A stretch of 64,000 nt of DNA from Deltaproteobacteria bacterium (GTDB lineage: Bacteria; Desulfobacterota; Dissulfuribacteria; Dissulfuribacterales; QOAL01): positions 1-64,000 of the forward strand of contig WGBG01000167.1 in NCBI GenBank assembly GCA_015494395.1. The letters are read 5' to 3'. The notes below the pieces were generated by a model. The model had not been told where the DNA came from and did no database searches. It saw only the letters and a program-made list of their open reading frames with translations. Positions within the stretch are counted from its first letter, which is position 1, and each line of letters opens with the position of its first letter. The translations under genes and the position numbers were made by a program. Below, piece by piece: positions 45,460 through 54,887 of the stretch.

Positions 45460-48400
45460 ATGAGAAGGGCTGTTTTATATTCTACTGTTTGTATTCTTGT
45501 TTCATTCATTTTGCCTTTAATGGTTAATGCCGCACCGTTTCCATTTGCAGACGACATGGAAGGCGGTGATTCCAACTGGGTGACAGACACCCCCTGGGCT
45601 GTTTCTGACACTGCGTCACACAGTGGTACCAGTGCGTTATGTGATAGCCCGGATGGATATTACCAAAATAATGCGGATGTTTCGGTTACCCTGAGTTCTC
45701 CTGTGGACCTCAGTGCCAGTGAAAACCCCATGCTCAAATTTTGGCACAGGTACCAGTTTGAAAATGACTATGACTTTGGCTACATGGAGGTCTCTGCGGA
45801 TAATGGCACTTCATGGACTACTGTTGCCACGTTTACAGGTACTTCCGGCGGAGGGACCCAGCCCGAATGGGTAATGGAGACCCTTCATCTCGATGCGTTC
45901 AAGAGTGAAACTGTATTAATCCGCTTCCGCCTCGTTTCGGACAAGACCGAAACCATGGACGGATGGTGCATTGATGATGTTGCCATTGCTGAGCAACCCC
46001 ATTCAGTAAGCCTTTCTGTTGACAATCCGTCTTCAACCTCCCTGGATTTAACATGGACCCGGAATCTTGATGATGCCACTACATTTGGGGCTTATAAAAT
46101 TTATCGCAGTGAAACCCCTCAGGTAGATTTTAACAGCACACTTGTGGCCAAGATAACAGATCAGGCAACCACCACGTTTACGGATACCACCCTGAAGCCG
46201 GAGCATACATATTTTTACAAGATTTATGTGGTAAATGCCTTTGAAATGTATCAGGCCAGCAAGGTTGCGTCTGGCACAACTGACACGGCTGATTATGAAC
46301 ATGGATATAAATGGGATTTTGAGAATGGTGCGTCCGGCTGGACATTCAGCGGAGACTGGTCTGTAACAGACGAAGATTCACATGGAGACTCAGGGAGCTG
46401 CATTACAGACAGTCCTTCAGGTGAGAGCTACAATAACAGCATTGATTATTCAGCCATTGTTACAGTTGATCTTGGGGCCTTTGTACGTCCACTCTTGTCA
46501 TTCTGGAATCGTTACAGTCTTGAGTCCTATCATGATTATGGCTGGGTGGAGGTATCCAGCGATGGTGGCAGTCACTGGAAAAGGCTCTTTTTCGTTACCG
46601 GTGCATCCTATGGTAGATGGCTCAAGGAGGAGATAGACCTTTCTGAATACGCCGGGTTTGAAATCTTGATCAGGTTCAGAATAACCTCTGATAATAATGG
46701 TGTTACCAACGATGGCTGGTATATAGATGATGTTGAGATAAGTGAGAATAACGCGGTAACTGCATATCCATTTTTTGATAACTTTGAGGAAGAAACTTCA
46801 AACTGGATATTTTCTTCATGGGGTCGGATAGCTAATGGTGGCAATACAGGACTGTGGTCAGTCACCGATAGTCCTTCTGGTTCCATTGGTTCGAGGGTAT
46901 ATTCTTCCATGACCCTTCGGGGGACTTTCGACCTTTTGGCTGCCTCAAATCCTAAGTTGAGTTTTTGGTACAAGTTTGACGCATATTCATCTGATTATTT
47001 GGGTGTGTATGTATCTATAAATTGGGGTCATACCTGGAATAAAATCTGGGAACGTGGTGGTGATACGAACAATTGGACCAATGTTACCTTGGACCTCTCT
47101 CCATATCGTTCGGCGCATGTACTTATCAGGTTTCAAGTTGATGATAGAGGAAATGGGAATGGTAACGGTGCATGGATAGATGATATTCTCATTGATGATG
47201 CGCCTTTGGACGTTTTGTTAAATGAACCTGACCACATAACGGAACACAGCATTACCCTGAGCTGGACAGAATCGCCTGATTCGGATTTTGAGGAGTACAG
47301 GCTTTACAGGAGTACCAGCACAGGAATAACAGGCAATCGCCCAGAGGATGTCTTAGTTGCTGAAATTGACTCTCTGAATCAAACGTCATTTACTGACAAC
47401 CTGGACTATCCTGATAGGACCTACTATTACCGGGTTTTCATAGGGGATATCCAGGGGTTAGTCAGTGCTGGCAGTAATGAAATCAGTGCAGCAACCCTGA
47501 GTGGTACAGAATTGGAAAGCTTTCCGTTTTCAGATGACATGGAAAGTGGAGACAGGTGGGGCAATGTGCTTCCCTGGGCTTTGACCGACGAAGATGCCCA
47601 CAGTGGCACTCATTCGTTTACTGACAGTCCTTACGGGAATTATGAAAATAATATAGACAAATCCATTGTTGCTCATATTGACCTTGGCAATTCAGTACGT
47701 CCTCTCTTGTCATTCTGGCATCGTTACAGCTTTGAATCTTACCATGATTTTGGCTGGCTGGAGGTATCTCGTGATGGTGGTAGTAATTGGAAAAGGGTCT
47801 TTTTTGTTACTGGTGCATCATATGCTGAATGGTTTAAGGACGAGGTAGATCTTTCCGAATATGCCGGCTCTGATATTTTGATCAGGTTCAGAATAACCTC
47901 TGATAATAATGGTGTTACCAACGATGGCTGGTACATAGATGACGTAGAAATAGTCGAAAATACAGAGGTGGCTCCGTATCCGTTTTTTGATGGATTTGAA
48001 GGAGATGGATCAAACTGGATTCTTTCTTCCTGGAAGTCTTATTCCTCAGATTCTTACCAGGGTATCTGGTCGGTTACCGACAGTCCTGTGGGGGTTATGG
48101 GGAGCTGGGTAAATTCAGCCATGACTCTCAGGGGATTGATCGATTTGATAGATGTGTCAAATCCCAAGTTGAGTTTCTGGTACAAGTTTGATGCAAACTC
48201 TGGGGATTATTTATGCGTGTATATCTCAACTAATAGAGGCAACACATGGACAAGAATATGGCAGTTTGGTAACACTTCTGATCGTACTGATTGGACCAAT
48301 GTCCAGTTGGATCTTTCGCCATACCGTTCCTCACGTGTAAGTATTAAGTTCCAGGTAGAGGATCGGGGTGGTGGAAATGGCGGGGGAGCATGGATAGACA

Positions 48401-51258
48401 ATGTTCTGATAGATGATGCCCCGGTAGATGTGTTGATGAATGTTCCAGAAAATATCGGGGAACATGGCATGACAGTAAGCTGGAGTGAGTTCCCTTATAC
48501 CGATTTTTTGATGTACAGATTATATAGAAGTACAAGTCCCGGAATTACTGGTCAACGTACTGAAGATGTGCTGATTGCCGAGATTACTAATCGTTCGCAG
48601 GTTACTTTTACCGATACTTTGGATGATCCAGGTACTACCTATTATTACAGGATTTTCGTTGATGATGCCCAGGGTTTTACAAGTAAAGGCAGTAATGAGG
48701 TAAGTGCTACCACACTTTTGGGGATTTCTGATCAAGGGTATCCCATGTCAGATGACATGGAAAGCGGTGACAACTGGGCCAACAGTTTCCCTTGGCAGTT
48801 GACTGCAGAAGATGCCCACAGTGGCACTCATGCATTTTCGGACAGTCCAGACGGCAATTATGAAAATAATATTGATAGGTCTTTGATGACTGTTGTTGAC
48901 CTTAGTAGAGCAAACCGTCCTCTTTTATCTTTCTGGCACCGTTACAGTTTTGAAACTTACCATGATTTTGGCTGGGTAGAGGTGTCCAGTGATGGCGGAA
49001 GTAATTGGACAAGGCTCTTTTTTGTGACCGGTGCATCATACGGTGAATGGCTGAAGGAGGAGATAGACCTTTCTGAATATGCCGGGTCTGAAATCCTGAT
49101 CAGGTTCAGAATAACCTCTGATAATAACGGTATTACCAACGATGGTTGGTACATAGATGATGTACAGGTTACAGAGAATACCGCTACAACAGTATTTCCA
49201 TTCGTGGAGAATTTTGAGCAGGGAGCCAGGGCAAACTGGATCCTGGCAAGTTGGCGTGATGAGTTGTCAGATAATGCGCATGAAGGTCGTTATGCCGTTA
49301 CAGACAGCGCTCTTGGTAATATGGGCGATGGGGTCCATAACCGTATTACTCTCAGAGGCTCAATTGACTTGTTGAATGCTGTAAATCCAAAGCTCAGTTT
49401 CTGGTATAAATTTAATGGTGGCAGGTATGACCATTTATTTGTTGATATATCTACTGATGGAGGGCATCACTGGACACAAATTTGGAATCTGGATGCGGGA
49501 TGGAATGGTCTGAACCGGCCTGACTGGTCCCGTGTAGAGCTGGACTTGTCCCCATATCGTTCCCGGAATGTAGTTATAAGGTTTAACGTATGTGACTGTG
49601 GAGACTGGGATGGTAATGGTGCCTGGCTTGACGACATTTCAATCTCAGGCGCTGAGGGCCTGTTTGAAAGCATCTCCATTGATCCAGGTGAGCAGAGTGT
49701 GCTTATAGGTGATACCATACAGTTTTCAGCAACAGGCATAGATCATGAGGGCAATTCTGCTCCGGTTGATCCGCGGCTCGTTACATGGGGAGTGCGCGGG
49801 GATATAGGCATAATCAACGAGGATGGTTTGTTTACCGCTGTAAATCCAGGCATAGGTGCAGTAACAGCCACATACGGTAATGGTATTTCAGACATAACCG
49901 GCATAATAGAGGTCGTACAGCCGGCCGGAGGAACCCCGCAGATAGAGGGCGGCAACGTGACCCTTTCTGACGCATCGGTTCCGGCAGACCGTAGCCTCTA
50001 TTTTAAGGCATATATCGCAGAGCGGCCTGATGAAATACTGAGCCAGTCCTCAGCGGGATGCGCTTATGGCAGTGGGCATTGGCAGGTGAACCTGGCCAAC
50101 TTCCCCACCGCATGGATTCCTGGTGAACACCTGCACCTGGATTTTATTGATTCGGTAAATGGAGAAACTGCCTCTCTTGAGTATGCGCTTACCTATGGAG
50201 GCCAGGCTCATGATGTTGTTCTTGCACCTGTGAGCTATCAGTTAATTACAACGCCTGTCACAGATCTTAATGCAATAACACTGTTTAAGGACAGCGGGGT
50301 CTCCAATGCCGAGGAGCTTGCGCAGGCAATCCCCAATGCCCTGGAGATATACTACTGGGATGCGGTGCACCAGGCGTATATTGGCCACAGCAAGGGCTCT
50401 CCCCTCATGAACTTCCAGGTAAAGCCAGGGTATCCGTACCTTGTTTCAGTAAGCGCTCCAGGCACCTGGACACCAACGGGCAGCATGCCTGTCCCGTGGC
50501 CTGAATTTGGTCTGATTACCACCGGGGCCACGGATGTAAACATGATAACCATTCCTCCAAGGATGCAGCGTATTACCAATGCAGAGGAGTTGGGAAACCT
50601 TGTTCCAGAGTGCACGGAGGTTACCGTATGGGATGCTGAGAACCAGGGATACGTGGGACACAGCTACGGAACGCCACTTTATAACTTTGACCTGGATATT
50701 CTCAGGCCTGTCTTCATTACTGTAACTGATGAGAGTACACTGCAGATGAAGGAGACTGTTTCCAAGGGCGCTGGCAGTGGTATTCCCCAGAACGAAGGTG
50801 GATATGTCTATGCAAGTGACGGCACAGTGCTCTCAACAGGTGATGTAACATTCCGTGCCTGGATTGTTGGAAGGGAAGATGATGTTCTCACCAATGATAG
50901 TGTAGGGTGCGGCTTCATGGATGGTTACTGGCAGATCAATGTCGGTAACTTTGCCACACCGTGGCGTGCCGGTGACCTGGTGCGTGTTGAATGCAGTGCC
51001 GGTGACCAGTCAGGCAGCCTTGAATTCTACCTGGACTGGAATGGCAGCACCCATCGGGATATTCACCTTGGTGAGAGTATAATGCCTGCCGGAGCCGACC
51101 TGGATGGTGATATTGATGGTGAAGATATTGCTATTCTCGCTAAGTCCTATGGCAGCAAGCCCGGTGATGCCTGTTACAACTCCTTCTGTGATGTGAACGG
51201 TAATGATGCTGTAGATGCCCAGGATCTGGAGGCATTCGCAGAAGGCTTTGGGAAGTAG
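45460..51258 (+). CDS. Giant secreted protein: iterated MAM/jelly-roll-like + FN3 modules, Big_2-like domain, paired unknown modules, C-terminal dockerin-like module
   Basis: 1932 aa with a signal peptide. Three tandem ~405-aa units, each with two jelly-roll-like domains (DDMESGD.W...SFWHRYSFE.YHDFGW.EVS.DGGSNW...IRFRITSDNNG.TNDGWYIDDV) and one FN3 (YRLYRSTS.GITG). Big_2-like IQFSATGIDHEGN. C-terminal DLDGDIDGEDIAILAKSYG...DVNGNDAVDAQDLEAFAEGFG. Confidence 0.88.
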   Translation: MRRAVLYSTVCILVSFILPLMVNAAPFPFADDMEGGDSNWVTDTPWAVSDTASHSGTSALCDSPDGYYQNNADVSVTLSSPVDLSASENPMLKFWHRYQFENDYDFGYMEVSADNGTSWTTVATFTGTSGGGTQPEWVMETLHLDAFKSETVLIRFRLVSDKTETMDGWCIDDVAIAEQPHSVSLSVDNPSSTSLDLTWTRNLDDATTFGAYKIYRSETPQVDFNSTLVAKITDQATTTFTDTTLKPEHTYFYKIYVVNAFEMYQASKVASGTTDTADYEHGYKWDFENGASGWTFSGDWSVTDEDSHGDSGSCITDSPSGESYNNSIDYSAIVTVDLGAFVRPLLSFWNRYSLESYHDYGWVEVSSDGGSHWKRLFFVTGASYGRWLKEEIDLSEYAGFEILIRFRITSDNNGVTNDGWYIDDVEISENNAVTAYPFFDNFEEETSNWIFSSWGRIANGGNTGLWSVTDSPSGSIGSRVYSSMTLRGTFDLLAASNPKLSFWYKFDAYSSDYLGVYVSINWGHTWNKIWERGGDTNNWTNVTLDLSPYRSAHVLIRFQVDDRGNGNGNGAWIDDILIDDAPLDVLLNEPDHITEHSITLSWTESPDSDFEEYRLYRSTSTGITGNRPEDVLVAEIDSLNQTSFTDNLDYPDRTYYYRVFIGDIQGLVSAGSNEISAATLSGTELESFPFSDDMESGDRWGNVLPWALTDEDAHSGTHSFTDSPYGNYENNIDKSIVAHIDLGNSVRPLLSFWHRYSFESYHDFGWLEVSRDGGSNWKRVFFVTGASYAEWFKDEVDLSEYAGSDILIRFRITSDNNGVTNDGWYIDDVEIVENTEVAPYPFFDGFEGDGSNWILSSWKSYSSDSYQGIWSVTDSPVGVMGSWVNSAMTLRGLIDLIDVSNPKLSFWYKFDANSGDYLCVYISTNRGNTWTRIWQFGNTSDRTDWTNVQLDLSPYRSSRVSIKFQVEDRGGGNGGGAWIDNVLIDDAPVDVLMNVPENIGEHGMTVSWSEFPYTDFLMYRLYRSTSPGITGQRTEDVLIAEITNRSQVTFTDTLDDPGTTYYYRIFVDDAQGFTSKGSNEVSATTLLGISDQGYPMSDDMESGDNWANSFPWQLTAEDAHSGTHAFSDSPDGNYENNIDRSLMTVVDLSRANRPLLSFWHRYSFETYHDFGWVEVSSDGGSNWTRLFFVTGASYGEWLKEEIDLSEYAGSEILIRFRITSDNNGITNDGWYIDDVQVTENTATTVFPFVENFEQGARANWILASWRDELSDNAHEGRYAVTDSALGNMGDGVHNRITLRGSIDLLNAVNPKLSFWYKFNGGRYDHLFVDISTDGGHHWTQIWNLDAGWNGLNRPDWSRVELDLSPYRSRNVVIRFNVCDCGDWDGNGAWLDDISISGAEGLFESISIDPGEQSVLIGDTIQFSATGIDHEGNSAPVDPRLVTWGVRGDIGIINEDGLFTAVNPGIGAVTATYGNGISDITGIIEVVQPAGGTPQIEGGNVTLSDASVPADRSLYFKAYIAERPDEILSQSSAGCAYGSGHWQVNLANFPTAWIPGEHLHLDFIDSVNGETASLEYALTYGGQAHDVVLAPVSYQLITTPVTDLNAITLFKDSGVSNAEELAQAIPNALEIYYWDAVHQAYIGHSKGSPLMNFQVKPGYPYLVSVSAPGTWTPTGSMPVPWPEFGLITTGATDVNMITIPPRMQRITNAEELGNLVPECTEVTVWDAENQGYVGHSYGTPLYNFDLDILRPVFITVTDESTLQMKETVSKGAGSGIPQNEGGYVYASDGTVLSTGDVTFRAWIVGREDDVLTNDSVGCGFMDGYWQINVGNFATPWRAGDLVRVECSAGDQSGSLEFYLDWNGSTHRDIHLGESIMPAGADLDGDIDGEDIAILAKSYGSKPGDACYNSFCDVNGNDAVDAQDLEAFAEGFGK

Positions 51259-51286
51259 GGGATAAGCTCAAAGCTCAAGGCTCAAA

Positions 51287-51495
51287 GTAACAACATGATC
51301 GTCTGTTTACCTTTGGGCCTTGGGTTAACCTTCATTGTTTTTCCCCATTGGTTGCCCAATTGGGGAAACATAATTCCCTTTGCGTCTTTAGCGTTTTGCG
51401 GTCCATGTCTAAAACCGCCTGCTTCGCCGATAAAAACAACGAAATTATTCAAAGTCACTCCAAAACAAGACCATTTACCGCGCTGAATAGATATC
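51287..51495 (+). mobile_element. MITE-like element, family 1, copy D (5' half diverged)
   Basis: 51419-51495 aligns clearly with the 3' third of copies A and E (...GTCACTCCAAAACAAGACCATTTACCGCGCTGAATAGATATC). The 5' boundary is uncertain. Ends 10 bp before the ATG at 51506. Confidence 0.65.
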
Positions 51496-51505
51496 AATTT
51501 ATAGC

Positions 51506-52450
51506 ATGCGCCAGTCATCATATCATACAATTTGGTGCTGTATGTTTTTTTTCATGGTGCATTTTTCTTCAATCGTCACAGCAGGGGATAATCATGATGC
51601 CCTAGCGGAGGTAATTGTCTTCAGCTCATACCAGGACGGCAACTGGGACGTCTGGCTGTTGAAACCGGATGACCAGCGGTTCTTCAGGTTGACAAGGGGG
51701 GGAGATGAAAAACACAGGCCTGCAATTTCTCCTGATCATGAAACCCTGGCATGGGCAACGAACCGGGGGGAAATCTGGCTATGGAAAGAGGGGCATTTAG
51801 AACGGCTTGAGGGACTGCCGGGGCATTGCAACTTTCCGGCGTGGAGCCCTGATGCAACAGAGGTTGCATGCGCCTGCTTTTCATTCAATCATGGTATTGA
51901 GGATAGTAACCTGTGGTTGGCTAATGTTGAAAGGGGAGCTGGCTCCGTATTTTTAATCCAGCCTGGAATCATCAAATACCCGGCTTTCAGTCCAGATGGT
52001 TCCTTCCTGTTCTACAGCCTTGCCATTGTGGGGAGTCGAACAGTTGTGCATGAAGACATCTGGCAGGTATCTTCTGATGGCAAGCACTCTAAATGCCTTA
52101 TAGCAAAGCAGGGGGACTGTATCCATCCGGTAATCTCTCATGATGGAAGGTGGCTGCTTTATGCGTCTGATATAAGTGGAAACATGGAGATATGGAAGGC
52201 CTCGAGGGATGGTCACAGGCGCTATCGCATCACCAGTAGTCCTGCCCTTGATACCTCGCCAAGATGGTCACCTGATGACAGGGAGGTAGTTTTTGTATCA
52301 ACCCGCAGTGGACGATATGATCTCTGGGTTATGGAGGCAGATGGTAATAGGCCAAGGAACCTGACTGGTGCCATGCAGGGTGATTGCGTGGATCCAGACT
52401 GGGGTTTCATGAAGACGGACGTTTTTATGCATGAAAAAAGAAGAGAGTAA
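51506..52450 (+). CDS. TolB-like beta-propeller (PD40 repeat) protein, secreted
   Basis: 314 aa with repeated P(A/V)(I/W/F)SPD(G/H/A)...(L/V)(A/F/L)(W/Y/F) blades (PAISPDHETLAW, PAWSPDATEVA, PAFSPDGSFLFY, PVISHDGRWLLY, PRWSPDDREVVF). Confidence 0.8.
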   Translation: MRQSSYHTIWCCMFFFMVHFSSIVTAGDNHDALAEVIVFSSYQDGNWDVWLLKPDDQRFFRLTRGGDEKHRPAISPDHETLAWATNRGEIWLWKEGHLERLEGLPGHCNFPAWSPDATEVACACFSFNHGIEDSNLWLANVERGAGSVFLIQPGIIKYPAFSPDGSFLFYSLAIVGSRTVVHEDIWQVSSDGKHSKCLIAKQGDCIHPVISHDGRWLLYASDISGNMEIWKASRDGHRRYRITSSPALDTSPRWSPDDREVVFVSTRSGRYDLWVMEADGNRPRNLTGAMQGDCVDPDWGFMKTDVFMHEKRRE

Positions 52451-52471
52451 GGTGTATGGTTCGCACCCTGT

Positions 52472-53662
52472 ATGATTATGCTGAGACTGTTAAAAAAATA
52501 TTTTTTCCTGCTGCTGGCAGTCTTTTTGGTACCTATTGATCAAGGGTACTCTGCTGCACAATCGACGCCGGGTTCTGAGGGTACCGTATCTCCAGAGGTA
52601 GGCCTAAAAATTTATGATGTCCAGGTTAGACCTGTTATTTTCAACCCTTCGGTAGGAGAGTCTGTAACAATATCTTACTCACTGACGCATCGCGCAAAAT
52701 CCAGGGTTCGCATAATGTCACCGGATATGTTTCCGGTGGCAGAGCTGATAAACAGGGATTATACAACTGAAACTGCTGTTTCCTTGAGTTGGGATGGCAG
52801 GGATTTTTCAGGGCGCGTGGTCCCGAACCAGGCCTGTATTATTCAGATTGAGGCTGAGGATTTACGTGGTGGCAAGGCTTTTTATAACCCTGTTGAAACC
52901 AACCGCTGGGAGATAAAGAGGCTGGGTATCAGCCGTGAGGGGCATGATGGCAGGATAACCTATGTTTTGCCCTGTAATGCCTGGGTGCAGATAAATACTG
53001 GTGTTGCCAACGGTGGCCCGCTTCTTGGGAGCATTACCCGGTGGCAGCCGTCACTTTGCGGGGAGCATTCCATTGACCTTGAAGAGCTGGACCCGTTTTC
53101 AGCCAGTGCAGTTATTTCAGGTGACAAGGATATAAGAATTATTGGGAGCTACCTGAAAATTCCTGATAACAGTCTTGTAACTACTGGTAACGGGGAACTC
53201 TCCTACCAGGAGTACAGTGCTGCTGTAGCCACCCAGGGTGTTCCAGGTATCAGGGTGAAGCACCTCCCCGATTTGTCAGGCAGAAATATAGATCGTAAAA
53301 TTCGTTTTGGATCCTTTGCACCCATTTTTAACATCTCTCTGCGCACAGTTGGCGCTGGGGATAAAAAGGAGCTGCCTGTGTTAAAGGGAATTGTACCGTT
53401 AAAAATATCCCTGGATAAAAGGGTGAGAAAGTACATAATTGGGCAACGTCTTGAGATGCTGGGCTTTGTTGATTTTAATTTTGCCGAAGAGAACGAGGAA
53501 GGATATTCACCTTTTACATGGATGCTTGATACCCGTAACTGGCCTGATGGTGAGCATGTCATTACCGTAAATGTTGTAACATTACGGGGAGAGATTGCGG
53601 CCAGGAGTATGAAAGTTATCTTCAGGAACCATGCGGGTAATGGGCCTGGCAGTCAGGAGTGA
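52472..53662 (+). CDS. Secreted protein with N-terminal FlgD-Ig-like domain
   Basis: 396 aa with a signal peptide. VRPVIFNPSVGESVTISYSL...SLSWDGRDFSGRVVPNQACIIQIEA resembles the FlgD-Ig fold also present at the C-terminus of the 1520-aa protein. Confidence 0.65.
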   Translation: MIMLRLLKKYFFLLLAVFLVPIDQGYSAAQSTPGSEGTVSPEVGLKIYDVQVRPVIFNPSVGESVTISYSLTHRAKSRVRIMSPDMFPVAELINRDYTTETAVSLSWDGRDFSGRVVPNQACIIQIEAEDLRGGKAFYNPVETNRWEIKRLGISREGHDGRITYVLPCNAWVQINTGVANGGPLLGSITRWQPSLCGEHSIDLEELDPFSASAVISGDKDIRIIGSYLKIPDNSLVTTGNGELSYQEYSAAVATQGVPGIRVKHLPDLSGRNIDRKIRFGSFAPIFNISLRTVGAGDKKELPVLKGIVPLKISLDKRVRKYIIGQRLEMLGFVDFNFAEENEEGYSPFTWMLDTRNWPDGEHVITVNVVTLRGEIAARSMKVIFRNHAGNGPGSQE

Positions 53663-53801
53663 TGCTCTCGTAAAAAGTCTTAGTTTTGAGCTGAGGTGCA
53701 AAATATACACAATATATGCTTCACATAATCGCGATAATATACTCTATATTGTATGAGTCATGTTCGGTTCTGACTTTTTACGGGTCCATCAGGAGTAAAC
53801 A

Positions 53802-54872
53802 GTGCGTTTTGGGGTATTGATGGAATTTGTATGGAAAACGTGCAGGAGGTTTCCGGTTTTTTTGTTTCCTGGGGCCATTCTTGCACTATTCTGGGGATGT
53901 AGCGATTCTGCCGGGCCTGAAGTCGTTGTTTATACCTCTGTGGACCAGGTATATTCAGAGCCCATCCTGAAGACCTTTGAAAAAAAATATGGTATCAGGG
54001 TAAGGGCTGTTTATGATGTAGAGGCATCCAAGACTACAGGGCTTATAAACCGACTGATTGCTGAACGTAACGCACCGCACTGTGATGTTTTCTGGAATTC
54101 TGAATTTGCAGGAACAGTACTGCTTAAGAATAAGGGAGTGCTTGCCCCATATTTCTCTCCGGCTGCCCGTGATATCCCTGCAAGATTCAGGGATAGTGAT
54201 GGATATTGGACAGGCTGTTCTGCCCGGGCCCATGTAATTATTTATAATACCAGCCTGGTAAAAAAGGATGATGTCCCTGAATCGATTTTTGACCTTGCGG
54301 CGCCTGAATGGAGAGGCCGTTTTGCAATGGCCTATCCACTATTTGGCACTACTGCCACCTTCATGGCAGTGCTTCACGTGGTGTTGGGCATGGAACAGGC
54401 CAGGGATTTTATAGTGTCCCTGCGTGATAATGGCGTGGTTATAGTAAATGGCAACGCTGTTTCCAGAGATTATGTTGTGGATGGGAAGGTGCCTGTGGCC
54501 CTGACTGACACAGATGATGTAAATGTTGCAAGGCTTTCCGGCAGACCCGTTGATATGGTTTATCCTGACCAGCACGGCATTGGGACCTTTTTAATACCAT
54601 CCACAGTAGCGCTTGTAAGAGGTGGTCCTAATGAAGCATATGGGAAAAAGCTCATGGATTACCTGCTTAGCCGGGATGTGGAGGAGAGGCTTGCGTTCTG
54701 TGAGGCAGGCCAGATGCCCCTGAGGCACCATGTCAAAAAACCTGATTATGTACCTGATTATACTTCCCTTAAAACCATTGATGTAGATTATTCCCGTGTA
54801 GCCCAGGTTATGCAGGAATCGGCACGTTTTTGCCAGGGGCTTTTTTCTAAGCCGCCATATGACCGGGAATGA
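53802..54872 (+). CDS. ABC transporter substrate-binding protein, Fe(III)/FbpA-AfuA class
   Basis: 356 aa. GTG start 7 nt after AGGAG. Lipobox-like LALFWGC. VVVYTSVDQVYSEPILKTFEKKYGIRV...DVFWNSEF is typical of ferric-type SBPs. Confidence 0.8.
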   Translation: MRFGVLMEFVWKTCRRFPVFLFPGAILALFWGCSDSAGPEVVVYTSVDQVYSEPILKTFEKKYGIRVRAVYDVEASKTTGLINRLIAERNAPHCDVFWNSEFAGTVLLKNKGVLAPYFSPAARDIPARFRDSDGYWTGCSARAHVIIYNTSLVKKDDVPESIFDLAAPEWRGRFAMAYPLFGTTATFMAVLHVVLGMEQARDFIVSLRDNGVVIVNGNAVSRDYVVDGKVPVALTDTDDVNVARLSGRPVDMVYPDQHGIGTFLIPSTVALVRGGPNEAYGKKLMDYLLSRDVEERLAFCEAGQMPLRHHVKKPDYVPDYTSLKTIDVDYSRVAQVMQESARFCQGLFSKPPYDRE

Positions 54873-54887
54873 TTTGGGCATTCCTCA

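Noticed and set aside
51264-51284. Three tandem heptamers (AAGCTCA AAGCTCA AGGCTCA) just after the stop codon of the 1932-aa gene
   Set aside because: It is too short and unique in the window. It may simply be the degenerate edge of MITE copy D, and no function can be argued.
26923-53662. Interpreting the dockerin-bearing proteins as a bona fide cellulosome
   Set aside because: No cohesin-like scaffoldin was recognised. Apart from GH114 there are no polysaccharide-degrading catalytic domains. The carriers are adhesin-like repeat proteins. Only a generic shared-anchor hypothesis is retained.
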